Assembly: GCA_040901675.1 (NCBI GenBank)
Contig: JBBDYJ010000010.1
Location: 362,599-426,598, forward strand
Length of the DNA stretch: 64,000 nt
Source of the DNA: Pirellulales bacterium
Lineage (GTDB): Bacteria > Planctomycetota > Planctomycetia > Pirellulales > JAICIG01
Direction of reading: 5' to 3'
The notes under the pieces are model-generated. The model did no database searches, was not told where the DNA came from, and was given only the letters and a program-made list of their open reading frames with translations. A program made the position numbers and the translations under genes. This document shows, piece after piece, positions 19,068 to 29,002 of this stretch (positions are counted from its first letter, which is position 1; each line of letters opens with the position of its first letter).

Positions 19068-20831
19068 GTGTTCAGCGAAGGGTCGCGAAGCGAAGTGTCC
19101 GGGGCGGATCCAACAGGCCAATCGGCCGGCAGCCAGCAGCCGTCGCATCCCAGCGCCGCCAAACCCCAGGTGCGGCAGCCTGGCGTGGAGCAAACCGGCC
19201 AGCCGGAATCGGCCCAACAAGCCGCATCGCCGCAAGCCGACCAGCCGGCGGAGACCCCCGCTCCGGCGGTGAGTATTCCACCGCCCCAGCGGATCAAGAT
19301 CGGCTCGCAACGTCCGGCCAGCCCGCCGGTCAAGGCCACACCGCCGTTGTCGGCCGTTCCACCCGCCGGCCATCCCGCATCGCAATCTCCTGCTTCACCC
19401 CCCGTCCACAGCGAAGCGCCGCCCGCCACGCCGCCGCACACGAGCCCGACGCGCGAGCGAGAGGACCACCCACTCCACTCCACTGCCGCCGCCACGCCGC
19501 CGACCCAGTCCGAACAGCAGCCTGCCGAAGCCCAGACGGAACCCGCGCCGCGATCGAAGAAAAAACGTGAAGCAGCCGTCGAGCGGCCGCGCAAGTTTCC
19601 CGTCCCCAACATCCGCGGTGAACTGCCGCTGGAATTGGAGTTGGAGGTCGCCGCCGCGCTGGGCGGCCTCTCGCTCGACGAAGTGCTCGACCCGGCCGCC
19701 GCGCCCGCGGCCAAGGATTACCAGCCCGAGGAGCACGCGCAGGCACGAGTCGTGTCCGTGCACCGCGACAACGTCTTCGTCACCTTGGGGGGCCGCGACC
19801 AGGGTCTCTTGTCGCTGCGGCAGTTTGCCGAGCCGCCCCAGCCGGGAGCCATCATCGAGGTCGTCGTCGGCCGCTTCGACCCCGAAGAAGGGCTCTACCA
19901 GTTGACGCTCCCCGGCGCGGCCGCCGACGTGGGCGACTGGTCCGACGTGTCCGAAGGCATGCTGGTCGAGGCCCGCATCACCGGTCACAACAAGGGCGGC
20001 CTGGAGTGCGAAGTCAACCGCTTGCGCGGCTTTATTCCCATCAGCCAGGTTTCGATGTACCGCGTCGACGACCTCGCCCAGTTCGTGGGCGAGAAGATGA
20101 CCTGCGTCGTCACCGAGGCCAATGCCGAAAAACGCAACCTGGTCCTCAGCCGACGGGCCGCCCTCGAACGCGACCGGGCCGAAGCCAAAACCCGCCTGAT
20201 GTCCGAGCTGGCCGAGGGGCAGGTCCGCGAAGGCGTCGTGCGCAGCCTCCGCGACTATGGCGCCTTTGTCGACCTGGGGGGCGTGGACGGCCTGTTGCAC
20301 GTCAGTCAGCTTGCCTGGCAGCGCGTCAAGCATCCCAGCGAAGTGTTGCAGCTTGGCCAGACCATCAACGTGAAGATCAAGAAGATCGATACCGAGACCG
20401 GCAAGATCAGCCTGGCGCTGCGCGACCTCACCGAGAACCCATGGACCACCGCGGCCCAGCGCTATCCCGTGACCAGCACCGTGGCGGGCACCGTCACGAA
20501 AATCATGGACTTCGGCGCCTTTGTCGAGTTGGAGCCGGGCATCGAAGGCCTGGTACACATCTCCGAGCTGGCCCACGGCCGCGTCTGGCGGGCCGGCGAC
20601 GTGGTCAAGGAAGGCCAAGAGGTCGAAGCCAAGGTGCTGTCGGTCGATGTCGAGCAGCAGCGGATCGGCCTGTCGATGAAGGCCTTGATGGCCCGGGCCG
20701 AGCCGGCCAAGAAACCCGAACCTGAAGTCGAAGAGCCCGCGCCCGCCAGTCCGCAGCCCAAGCGCCAGGTTCCCTTGAAAGGCGGCACCGGCCGCGCCTC
20801 CGGCGGCGACCAGTTCGGCCTCAAGCTCTAG
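19068..20831 (+). CDS. S1 RNA-binding domain protein (ribosomal protein S1 paralog) with Pro-rich N-terminus
   Basis: Four S1 repeats, including [19 protein letters not shown] and [20 protein letters not shown]. Confidence 0.88.
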   Translation: MFSEGSRSEVSGADPTGQSAGSQQPSHPSAAKPQVRQPGVEQTGQPESAQQAASPQADQPAETPAPAVSIPPPQRIKIGSQRPASPPVKATPPLSAVPPAGHPASQSPASPPVHSEAPPATPPHTSPTREREDHPLHSTAAATPPTQSEQQPAEAQTEPAPRSKKKREAAVERPRKFPVPNIRGELPLELELEVAAALGGLSLDEVLDPAAAPAAKDYQPEEHAQARVVSVHRDNVFVTLGGRDQGLLSLRQFAEPPQPGAIIEVVVGRFDPEEGLYQLTLPGAAADVGDWSDVSEGMLVEARITGHNKGGLECEVNRLRGFIPISQVSMYRVDDLAQFVGEKMTCVVTEANAEKRNLVLSRRAALERDRAEAKTRLMSELAEGQVREGVVRSLRDYGAFVDLGGVDGLLHVSQLAWQRVKHPSEVLQLGQTINVKIKKIDTETGKISLALRDLTENPWTTAAQRYPVTSTVAGTVTKIMDFGAFVELEPGIEGLVHISELAHGRVWRAGDVVKEGQEVEAKVLSVDVEQQRIGLSMKALMARAEPAKKPEPEVEEPAPASPQPKRQVPLKGGTGRASGGDQFGLKL

Positions 20832-20868
20832 GCTCTAGGCTGTAGCTCCGGTGCCTGGCGTCGGGTGG

Positions 20869-20944
20869 CTGGCGGCAAAGCGGACTTCGGACTTCGGCGA
20901 GCTCAGTCGAGTCGCGAGCTCAGTCGAGTCGTAGCGTGCCCCAG
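20869..20944 (+). repeat. REP family A with a doubly nested 24-bp element (outer 20883-20889 + 20914-20930; inner 20890-20913)
   Basis: GCG-GACTTCG-[GACTTCGGCGAGCTCAGTCGAGTC]-GCGAGCTCAGTCGAGTC-GTAGCGTGCCCCAG. Confidence 0.92.
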
Positions 20945-20992
20945 TGAGGCTGGAGGCTGAAGCACAACCGCGGCAGACGGCCCGGCCGTCCT

Positions 20993-21026
20993 ACTCTGCC
21001 TTCCTCCTTCCTCCTTCCTCCTTCTG
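20993..21026 (-). repeat. Heptamer tandem array (CTCCTTC)n
   Basis: CTGCCTTCCTCCTTCCTCCTTCCTCCTTCTG. Confidence 0.85.
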
Positions 21027-21028
21027 AA

Positions 21029-21475
21029 TCACCAGTCCGTTTCGGCCGTCTGCAGCGTCCCTAGCACGGCCGTCTGCCAGCGTGCGCAGCGCACGTACTG
21101 CTGGTTGAGCAGCGTCACCAGGTCGTGGTGGTCGATCGGCTTCAGCAGGTAGTCGCTGGCGCCATACTCGACGGCCTCGGCGATCTTGTCCCAGGTCGAG
21201 TGGCCCGTGATAAAGATCACCTGGGTCCAGGCGTTGCGCCGCTTGGCGAACCGCAGCATGTCCAGTCCGTCGATGCCCGGCATCTGCAGGTCGGAAATCA
21301 GGATGTCGCAGCAGTTCTGGTCGAGCCAACGACGCGCCTCGTCGGGATCCGACAGGCCGTACACGACCATCCGGTCTCCCAGGTTCCGCTCGATGACCAG
21401 CGTCAACAGCCGGACCATGGCTGGGTCGTCGTCGATCACCAGTAGATTCAGCTTGCGTGCCATGGCGTTGTGCAT
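21029..21475 (-). CDS. Single-domain response regulator
   Basis: VIDDD, DILISDLQMPGIDG, ITG, YLLKP. Confidence 0.9.
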   Translation of the reverse strand: MHNAMARKLNLLVIDDDPAMVRLLTLVIERNLGDRMVVYGLSDPDEARRWLDQNCCDILISDLQMPGIDGLDMLRFAKRRNAWTQVIFITGHSTWDKIAEAVEYGASDYLLKPIDHHDLVTLLNQQYVRCARWQTAVLGTLQTAETDW

Positions 21476-21827
21476 GGGGCTCTCCTTGCTGCGACAAAAA
21501 AACGGCATTCGGTCCCAAGCAAATATAGGTTACCCTGCCGGGCGGTCCGCACGCCCCGACCCCTTGCCAGCCTGGTGCGGCCCGCGGCCCGCCACGGGCA
21601 ATTCGTCCCGCGGCTAGTTGGGCCACGTGTAGCGGTTGTGACGCTGCCGTCGGCTGCCGCCGGTCGAGCGGCGGGCGACGTGCGGAAAATCGCAAACCGA
21701 AGTGCACTCATGTCTTGTGCCTCGCGGCCAGCCGGCTTTGTGAATTGTTTGTGACCGCCGCGGCTCCAGCGGCAACTAACAATTCGTCAAGGGGCGTGCA
21801 GGCAAAGCCGGAGAGACGCGACAACGT

Positions 21828-22394
21828 GTGGGCATTGGATTGGAACTTACCGAGCGAACCGACGAACAGTTGGCGGCCGAGGCTGCCCGCGAGGGCTCCG
21901 ACGGCCCGGCCTTCGTGGCGCTCGTCGAGCGTTACTCGCAGCGCGTGTGGCGGATCTGCTACCGGCTGCTGGGAAACGCCGACGATGCCAGCGACGCAGC
22001 CCAGGAAGTCTTCGTCCGCTTGTTCGTCTCGCGCGGAAAGTACCAGGCCCGCTCCAAGTATTCCACCTGGCTGCACGGCTTGGCGGTGCGGACCTGCCTG
22101 GCCCTGCGGCGCAGCCGCGGCCGGCGCCGCCGCCGGGAAGGCGGTTCGGAAGCGATGATCCACGAGGCCCAGGCGCCCGAGGCCCAGCGGGGCGGCGCGG
22201 CGCTGTCCGACGACCTGCTGGAGATGCTCGATGAGTTGGACGAGATCGACCGGGCCCTGGTGATCCTGAAATACGCGGAGAACTACAGCTACGAGGAGTT
22301 GGCGAGCATTTTCGAGCTCTCGGTCAGCGCCTGCAAGATGCGCGTCAGCCGGGCCCGCGACCGAGTCCAGAAAAAGCACCAAGGCTCGGAGTGA
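21828..22394 (+). CDS. ECF sigma-70 factor
   Basis: DASDAAQEVF, YSTWL, SYEELASI...CKMRVSRAR. Confidence 0.9.
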   Translation: MGIGLELTERTDEQLAAEAAREGSDGPAFVALVERYSQRVWRICYRLLGNADDASDAAQEVFVRLFVSRGKYQARSKYSTWLHGLAVRTCLALRRSRGRRRRREGGSEAMIHEAQAPEAQRGGAALSDDLLEMLDELDEIDRALVILKYAENYSYEELASIFELSVSACKMRVSRARDRVQKKHQGSE

Positions 22395-22425
22395 ACCCGC
22401 CAGAGTGGGTGGGGATATCGGGTGC

Positions 22426-22452
22426 CTGGGGCAAAGCGGTAGCGTGCCCCAG
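22426..22452 (+). repeat. REP family A, empty copy
   Basis: CTGGGGCAAAGCGGTAGCGTGCCCCAG. Confidence 0.9.
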
Positions 22453-22518
22453 TTGCTTCGTAGTGACCGCATTCATGCGGTCTGGCGGCGGCGTGGGGCT
22501 ATTGGAAGGCAGTTTGAG

Positions 22519-22755
22519 ATGAACACTGATTTGTTCGACGACTTGGCCACCGGCGAAGTGCCGCCCCTGCCGGTGGACTTCGACCGCTCGGTGCACCAGC
22601 GGCTGAATCGCGTGCTGGTGTTCTCGCAGGCGGCCGAGGTGGTGTTTCAGGTCTTGCCCTATGCCTTGGCCCATTTTGTCCAGGCCTTGATGGGGTTGGC
22701 CGCGTTTACTTTGTCGGGGCGTAACCCGGCTGCGGATTCTTCGGATCACGTCTAA
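22519..22755 (+). CDS. Small hypothetical membrane protein (possible anti-sigma factor)
   Basis: VPPLPVDFDRSVHQRL followed by a hydrophobic segment; directly downstream of the ECF gene. Confidence 0.65.
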   Translation: MNTDLFDDLATGEVPPLPVDFDRSVHQRLNRVLVFSQAAEVVFQVLPYALAHFVQALMGLAAFTLSGRNPAADSSDHV

Positions 22756-22768
22756 CAGGAGCAGAGAC

Positions 22769-23614
22769 ATGCAAACGTTCAACACGAACAACTTCGAGAC
22801 TTGGGGTGAGGCCCTCGTGGCCAGTTTCACCCGCGCCTTCGGCCAGATCATCGGCTTGCTGCCCAACGTGGTGGCCATGCTCGTGGTCCTGGTCGTCGGT
22901 TACATCGTGGCACGCGTCCTCGACAAGTTCGCCGCCACGCTGGCCCACTCGCTCGGCCTGGAGACCGCCGCCGAGCGGAGCGGCCTGGTCCAGTCGATGA
23001 AGCAGGTGGGCATCCACCGCACGGTCCCCGCCATCGTGGGCCAGATCGTCTTCTGGCTGACGATGTGCGTCTTCCTGACCGCGGGCTTCAACATCCTCGG
23101 CCTCCAGACCGTCTCGACGGCCATGGAGCGGATCGTGGCTTACATCCCCAACCTGCTGGTGGCCACCGTCGTGGTGGTGATCGGCCTGTTGGTGGCCGGC
23201 CTGCTGCGGGGCGTGATCGCCACCGGCGCCGACCGGATCGGCGTGACCTATGCCGAGAATCTGGCCAATGCCTGCTATTACGTGCTGGCCCTGATGACTT
23301 TCATCGGCGCCTTCGACCAGCTTGGCATCCAGTTCGGCCTGCTCAAGGAGATGATCCTGATCGCCTTCGCCGCGTTGGCCTTGGGCTTCGGCCTGGCCTT
23401 CGGCCTGGGCGGCCGCGAGGTGATGGGCGGCATCCTGGCCGGCTACTACACTCGCCAGCGGCTGCACACCGGCGACCGCGTCCACGTGGCCGGCCTGGAC
23501 GGCGTGGTGCGTGAAGTCGGTCCGGTGGCCACGGTGATTGAGACCGACGAGGACGGTCTCTTGAACCGTCGCAGCGTTCCCAACACCAGGATGCTCGCCG
23601 AGGCCGTGCGGTAG
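22769..23614 (+). CDS. Small-conductance mechanosensitive channel family protein (TM helix repeats)
   Basis: LPNVVA/IPNLLVA repeats, LAFGLGGR, GDRV...GVVREVG, VPN. Confidence 0.85.
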   Translation: MQTFNTNNFETWGEALVASFTRAFGQIIGLLPNVVAMLVVLVVGYIVARVLDKFAATLAHSLGLETAAERSGLVQSMKQVGIHRTVPAIVGQIVFWLTMCVFLTAGFNILGLQTVSTAMERIVAYIPNLLVATVVVVIGLLVAGLLRGVIATGADRIGVTYAENLANACYYVLALMTFIGAFDQLGIQFGLLKEMILIAFAALALGFGLAFGLGGREVMGGILAGYYTRQRLHTGDRVHVAGLDGVVREVGPVATVIETDEDGLLNRRSVPNTRMLAEAVR

Positions 23615-23648
23615 AGTGGGGCCGGCAGAGAAGAGCGTCTCGCTCACC

Positions 23649-23684
23649 ACCCCGGGGAAGGCAACTTCCCCGGGGTCTTTTTTT
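23649..23684 (+). terminator. Intrinsic (rho-independent) terminator
   Basis: ACCCCGGGGAAG-GCAA-CTTCCCCGGGGT followed by CTTTTTTT. Confidence 0.9.
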
Positions 23685-23696
23685 GGTGTCCCCAAA

Positions 23697-23997
23697 GTAG
23701 CAGGCACACTCCGTGTGCCGTAGCGGCATCTTCTGCGACTGCCGTGTGCCACTGCTTGAAGGCCGCCGCCCGTGGCGGCCTTCAAGCAGTGTTCCCCCCG
23801 ACTGCTAGCATTCCCAGCACTCGATTCGTCTGGGTGCCTGCCGGCCGCTCGGCTACAATTTCGCCCACGAATATCGCGACTGGGTGCGGGAGGGGGACAA
23901 CGCGACGCGAGCACTGCTTGAACGACGCCGCAACGCGGCGTCGTTCAAGCAGTGGCACGGGAGGGGCGGTTACGGCACACGGAGCGTGACCTGCTAC
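23697..23997. repeat. Nested REPIN: outer GTAG REP inverted pair (23697-23722 / 23971-23997) enclosing a second palindrome pair (23746-23791 / 23912-23958)
   Basis: GTAGCAGGCACACTCCGTGTGCCGTA ... TACGGCACACGGAGCGTGACCTGCTAC; inner CACTGCTTGAA...TTCAAGCAGTG twice. Confidence 0.85.
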
Positions 23998-24044
23998 AAA
24001 ACGGGCGCGCCGGGATGCCTGCGACTTTAACCGGGAAAAAGCGA

Positions 24045-27000
24045 ATGTCTGGTCATGGACGACCGCGATGGCTCTACAAGGGCCTGCTGCTGATCTGGGC
24101 CGCCTGCCACGCCGGCACACCGATCCAGGCCGATGAAACGCCGGCCGCCTTGCCTTGGCTGCGGGCGATGCAGGACGACGCGGAACTCACCGACGTCGCG
24201 TTCGTCGATGCACGGCACGGCTGGGCCGTCGGCGACCAGGGCGCTATCTGGGCCACCAGCGACGGCGGACGGCGCTGGCGGCTGCAAACAACAGGCGTCG
24301 CCTGCCGCTTGGAAAGCGTCTCGTTCCTCGATGCCCAAAACGGCTGGGCCGCCGGCGGCTTTAGCTATCCCTACCTGCACACCACCCAGGGTGTCCTGCT
24401 GCGCACACGCGACGGCGGCCGCACCTGGCTCCAGGACAAGACGCTCCTCTTGCCGGCGCTCAAACGCGTCAAGTTCTTCGGCGGCGCCGCCGGCTGGGCC
24501 TTCGGCGAGTCGTCGGCCCTGTTCCCCCAGGGAATCGCCGCCACGCAGGACGGCGGCCGCTCCTGGTCGCCTTGCCTGGGCCTGCAAACGCAAAGCTGGC
24601 TGGCCGGCGACTTCCTCGATCCCGCCAGCGGCGCCTTGGCCGGCCGGTCGGGCACGTTGGCGGCCGTGCGCCGGCGGACCATCGAGGAAGCGGTCAGCGG
24701 CGGCCCTGGCTTGCGCGGCGCGAAACGCGTCAAGCTCGCTCAAGCGGGCGGCTGGCTGGTGGGCGACGGAGATCTCGTCCTGGCCAGCGCCGACCTGGGC
24801 CGCACGTGGCAGGCGCCGCCCGGCGATCCACGACTGGCTGCCGGCGAAGGCTTCGATTGGCGAGCGGTCGAAGTGCGCGGATCCAATTGCTGGCTCGCCG
24901 GTTCGCCGGGTACCAAGGTCCTGCACTCGGCCGACGGCGGACGCACCTGGCAGGCGTATCCCACGGGCCAGACGCTGCCGATCAACGCGCTGGCGTTTTG
25001 CGACGATCAGCACGGCTGGGCTGTCGGCGCCTTGGGCATGATGATGGCGACGTCGGACAGTGGCCGCACCTGGAAGCTTCAGCGCGCGGGCGGCAAGCGG
25101 GCGGCCCTGTTGGCCTTCTATAGCGAGGCCGATGCCGTTCCGCTGGAGCTGTTCGCTCGCCTGTGCGGAAACGAAGGGTACCTCGGAGTCGTCGACCTTC
25201 TCGTCCGCCGCGACCAGGAGCCAGGCCCCTCGTCGCGGCAAACATCCGGCGACCGGGCCCGCGCCGCACTGGCGGCCGTGGGCGTCAGCGCCACCGAAAC
25301 GGCCTGGGCCTTTCCTGTCCGGCAAGCGGGCCTCGCCCTGTCGGCCGAGCAACTGGCCGATGGCTGGGACCGGGCGAATGACGGGCAGGGGATCGACCGG
25401 CTCAAAGACCGCCTCGTCCGCCGCATCCGCACCTGGCGGCCCGACGTCGTCTTGACCCACGCCGCGAGTCTGCGCGGCGACGACCCGTTGGGCCACCTCG
25501 TCAACCAGGTTGTGCTCCAGGCCGTTCAGCAGGCGGCCGACCCCCACTACTCCCCCGCGCAATCGAGCCGGATGGGCCTGGAGCCATGGGAAGTCAAGAA
25601 GGTGTTCGGCGGCCTTGCCGCTGGGCAGCTCGGCCAGGTCAACGTCACGACGGCGCAGTTGGCCGGCACATTAGGCTGCTCGCTGGCCGAGCAGGCCGCC
25701 GGCCCCCGCGGCTTGATCCACGACGAGTTCCAGCCCGCCCCCGCCACGTTCGGCTTCCGGCTGTATGTCGACACGCTGCCGCAGGGATTGGGAGAGCGCG
25801 ATTTTTTCAGCGGCATCACGCTGCACCCGGCCGGCGAAGCCCGCCGAGCGACGCTTCAGACACAGTCCCACGACATCGACCTGATGCGGCGCATGGCGCA
25901 TAAGCACCGCAACGTGCAGGCCATCCTTGCCTGGAACCAGCATGGCGAAGATGACCGGGCACGTTTCCTGGCCCAGATCGGCGAATTGACCGATGGACTC
26001 GACGACCTCCGCGCCGGCGAATTGCTCTACCAATTGGCACAAGAGTACTGTCGCTCCGGCCGCTTCGAGCTGGCGGTCGAAACGTTCGGCCTGCTCGCCG
26101 CCGGCAAGCCGCAGCACCCGCTCACGCCCGCCGCACTGGTGTGGATGGTGCAATACTGGTCCAGCGGCGAGGCGGCCTGGCGCGCCGCCCGCGCCCAAGC
26201 TGCCACGGACCCCCAGGCGGCGCTCGCCAACGGTCCGCCGGCTCCCAATCGCGGCGATCCGGTGCCGCCTCTCGGCCAGGCCGCCGGCAGGCCTCCCGGC
26301 GAACCAGCCGCGCTCGAATTGCAACCGCTGGCACGAAGTCCGGAAGAACTGTCGGCCGCTCGAGCGGCCCGCGCCGTGGCGCTGTGCGGCGTGTTGCAAA
26401 AGACGCATGCCGCCGCCTACGCCGAGCCCTCGCTCCGGTTCATGCTTGCCGCCGCTCAGCGCCGCTCAGGCTTGCACCGCGAGGCCGAGCGCTTCTATCA
26501 CGACGTCATCCGCACGCGCCCGCACGATGCCTGGTGGGCCGCCGCGGCCGCAGAGCAGTGGCTGCTCGAACGGACCGGCGAACCGCCCAAGAGCGTCGCC
26601 AGAGCCACGACCGGGCCCCGCCCTTACTTGGACGGCCTTCTGGACGACGCGATCTGGCGCGATGCACGGCCGCAGCAGCTCACCAGCGCTCTGGGCGACG
26701 ACGGCCAGTGGCCTGCCGTGGCGCTGGTGGCCTACGACGAGCGGTTCTTGTATCTCGCCCTCGATTGCCGGCAGGCGCCCGGCGCCCAACACCATCCCGG
26801 CAGTGGGCCGCGGCCTCACGACGCCGATCTGAGCCGGCACGACCGCGTCGATTTCTTCATCGACCTCGACCGCGATTGGACCACGTACTACCGGCTGTCG
26901 ATCGACTGCCGCGGCTGGACCGGCGAGGCCTGCGTCGGCGACGCGGCCTGGAATCCCACCTGGTTTGTCGCCGCCCGGCCCGCCGATGGCCGCTGGACGG

Positions 27001-27170
27001 CCGAAGCGGCCATCGCGCTCGACGAGCTCTCCAGCGAGCCGCCCGCCGGCGGCCCGGTCTGGGCGCTGGGGGTGCAGCGCACGGTGCCCGGCGTCGGCTT
27101 TCAGAGCTGGACCACGCCGGCGGCCACGGCGGTCATGCCCGAAGGATTTGGGTACTTGATCTTCGACTGA
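24045..27170 (+). CDS. Large secreted YCF48/BNR beta-propeller protein with a PIG-L-like segment, a helical region and a CBM9-like C-terminus
   Basis: Repeated GWAVG / TxDGGRTW boxes, IRTWRPDVVLTH, LDGLLDD..W, YDERFLY; the upstream ORF-track start lies inside the repeat. Confidence 0.8.
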   Translation: MSGHGRPRWLYKGLLLIWAACHAGTPIQADETPAALPWLRAMQDDAELTDVAFVDARHGWAVGDQGAIWATSDGGRRWRLQTTGVACRLESVSFLDAQNGWAAGGFSYPYLHTTQGVLLRTRDGGRTWLQDKTLLLPALKRVKFFGGAAGWAFGESSALFPQGIAATQDGGRSWSPCLGLQTQSWLAGDFLDPASGALAGRSGTLAAVRRRTIEEAVSGGPGLRGAKRVKLAQAGGWLVGDGDLVLASADLGRTWQAPPGDPRLAAGEGFDWRAVEVRGSNCWLAGSPGTKVLHSADGGRTWQAYPTGQTLPINALAFCDDQHGWAVGALGMMMATSDSGRTWKLQRAGGKRAALLAFYSEADAVPLELFARLCGNEGYLGVVDLLVRRDQEPGPSSRQTSGDRARAALAAVGVSATETAWAFPVRQAGLALSAEQLADGWDRANDGQGIDRLKDRLVRRIRTWRPDVVLTHAASLRGDDPLGHLVNQVVLQAVQQAADPHYSPAQSSRMGLEPWEVKKVFGGLAAGQLGQVNVTTAQLAGTLGCSLAEQAAGPRGLIHDEFQPAPATFGFRLYVDTLPQGLGERDFFSGITLHPAGEARRATLQTQSHDIDLMRRMAHKHRNVQAILAWNQHGEDDRARFLAQIGELTDGLDDLRAGELLYQLAQEYCRSGRFELAVETFGLLAAGKPQHPLTPAALVWMVQYWSSGEAAWRAARAQAATDPQAALANGPPAPNRGDPVPPLGQAAGRPPGEPAALELQPLARSPEELSAARAARAVALCGVLQKTHAAAYAEPSLRFMLAAAQRRSGLHREAERFYHDVIRTRPHDAWWAAAAAEQWLLERTGEPPKSVARATTGPRPYLDGLLDDAIWRDARPQQLTSALGDDGQWPAVALVAYDERFLYLALDCRQAPGAQHHPGSGPRPHDADLSRHDRVDFFIDLDRDWTTYYRLSIDCRGWTGEACVGDAAWNPTWFVAARPADGRWTAEAAIALDELSSEPPAGGPVWALGVQRTVPGVGFQSWTTPAATAVMPEGFGYLIFD

Positions 27171-27263
27171 TCATGCCTAGGCTATGTGGACGTGCCGTGC
27201 GGCGGCCGCCCCGCCGCCGTGGCTTGTCTCAGCCAAGTAAAACCGCGCGAAGGAGCGCTCCCG

Positions 27264-28286
27264 GTGGGCTATCTCGTCGGAACGGACGAAGCCGGCTACG
27301 CTCCCAACTTGGGACCGCTGGTGATCTCGGCCACCGTCTGGCGCGTCCCCGGCGACCCGTGCGGCGTCGACCTCTACAAGCTGCTGCGCAAAGTCGTGGC
27401 GCGGACCCCGCCCGCTCGGCCCCGGCAAGTTCGAGAGGCAGTGAACGGTCAGGCGGCGCCGGCCCGCCGGCCGAGGGCCCGCCCGATCAAGGCCCGCCTC
27501 GCCGATTCCAAGGTCTTGTACAGACCACCGGGCGGCCTGGCGGCCTTGGAACTCGGGCTGCTCTCGTGCCTGGCCCTTTTGGGCCAGCGGCCGGCCACCT
27601 GGCGCGAGCTGTGGCAACTGCTCGACGGCCAGTCGGCCGCCGCGCTCGGATCGCTTCCCTGGCATCTCGATTACGACTGCCCGTTGCCGCTGGAAGCGGA
27701 CCTGTCGCAGATCGATGCGGTGGCCCAGGCGCTTGGCGGCGGAGTGGAGGCGGCCGGCGTTCGCCTGCTGGCCATCCGGAGCCGGGCGGTGTTTCCCGAT
27801 CGCTTCAACCGGCTGACCGACGAGCATGGCAACAAGGCCAACGCGCTCTCCTGGCTCACGCTCGACCTTTTGTCCGGCGTCCTCTCGATGCTCGACGGCG
27901 AACCGGTGGCCGTGATCTGCGACAAGCATGGCGGCCGCAACGATTACCGCGCGCTCTTGCAAAACCAGGTGGCCGACTGCGTGGTCGAGGTGTATGCCGA
28001 GGGCCGCAACCAGAGCGTATACCGCTGGGGCGCTGACCAGCAGCGCACCGAAGTGCTGTTCTGTGCCAAGGGCGAGCGTTTTCTGCCGGCGGCCCTGGCT
28101 TCGATGGCTTCGAAGTACTTGCGCGAGCTGTCGATGCGGGCCTTCAATCATTACTGGTGCCGCCACGTTCCGCAGCTTCGCCCGACCGCCGGTTATCCCA
28201 CCGATGCAGGCCGTTTCATGGCCGACATCGCCGCCGCCCGCGCCTCCCTTGGCATCGAAGACCAAATCCTCTGGAGAAACCGCTGA
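27264..28286 (+). CDS. Divergent ribonuclease HII-like protein
   Basis: GTDEAGYAPNLGPLV, ADSK, DKHGG, ASMASK..R, GYPTD; GTG start after AAGGAG. Confidence 0.7.
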   Translation: MGYLVGTDEAGYAPNLGPLVISATVWRVPGDPCGVDLYKLLRKVVARTPPARPRQVREAVNGQAAPARRPRARPIKARLADSKVLYRPPGGLAALELGLLSCLALLGQRPATWRELWQLLDGQSAAALGSLPWHLDYDCPLPLEADLSQIDAVAQALGGGVEAAGVRLLAIRSRAVFPDRFNRLTDEHGNKANALSWLTLDLLSGVLSMLDGEPVAVICDKHGGRNDYRALLQNQVADCVVEVYAEGRNQSVYRWGADQQRTEVLFCAKGERFLPAALASMASKYLRELSMRAFNHYWCRHVPQLRPTAGYPTDAGRFMADIAAARASLGIEDQILWRNR

Positions 28287-28486
28287 AGAAGGCAGAAGGA
28301 CGAAGGAAGAAGAAGAAAGCAGCCGGAGATGCCAGAATTCTGGCGAATTCTGCTGCAGAATAGCCGTATCGTGTAACATGCGGCAACTGGGGCACGCTAC
28401 CGCTTTGCCCCAGCCACCCGACGCCAGTCACCCGACTGTCTGACGCTATCCACCTTCTGCCTTCATCCTTCTGCCTTCTGCCTTTA
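28285..28486. repeat. Inverted heptamer arrays enclosing a family C REP (28331-28356) and an empty family A REP (28387-28413, minus strand)
   Basis: GAAGGCAGAAGGACGAAGG ... CCTTCTGCCTTCATCCTTCTGCCTTCTGCC; CTGGGGCACGCTACCGCTTTGCCCCAG. Confidence 0.85.
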
Positions 28487-28488
28487 CT

Positions 28489-28977
28489 ATGCGCCTCTAC
28501 ATTGTCCGACATGCCTGGGCCGGTCAGCGTGGCGATCCTGAGTGGACCAACGACGACTTGCGCCCGCTGACCGAGAAGGGCCGCAAGCGCTTCAGGCGTT
28601 TTCTTGCGCTGCTTGTCGAGCGCGGCTTTGAACCGGCCCGCGTGGCGACCAGTCCGCTGGTCCGTTGCCGGCAAACGGCAGAGTTGATCCAGGCCATTGT
28701 CCCCGACAGGCCTGAGGTGGTCGAGCTCGAAGCGCTGGCCCCGGGGTCTCGATTGGGTCCGCTGGTCGAGTGGAGCCAGCAGCAGGACGGCATCGACCTG
28801 GCCTGGGTCGGCCATGCCCCTGACGTGGGCCGGTTGGCGGCCGAGTTGATCGGCGACGGGTCGGCCGGGATCGACCTGGGCAAGGGCGCCATCGCCGCCA
28901 TCGACTTCGCTGGTTCGCCGCGCCCCGGCGACGGCACTCTTGTTTGGCTGGTCACTCCCAAGCTCCTTGGCCGCTGA
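28489..28977 (+). CDS. sixA: Phosphohistidine phosphatase SixA family
   Basis: YIVRHA, RPLT..G, TSPLVRCRQTA, VGHAP. Confidence 0.88.
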   Translation: MRLYIVRHAWAGQRGDPEWTNDDLRPLTEKGRKRFRRFLALLVERGFEPARVATSPLVRCRQTAELIQAIVPDRPEVVELEALAPGSRLGPLVEWSQQQDGIDLAWVGHAPDVGRLAAELIGDGSAGIDLGKGAIAAIDFAGSPRPGDGTLVWLVTPKLLGR

Positions 28978-29002
28978 CGCGGTTCCGCAAAGTAGCAGGC
29001 AC

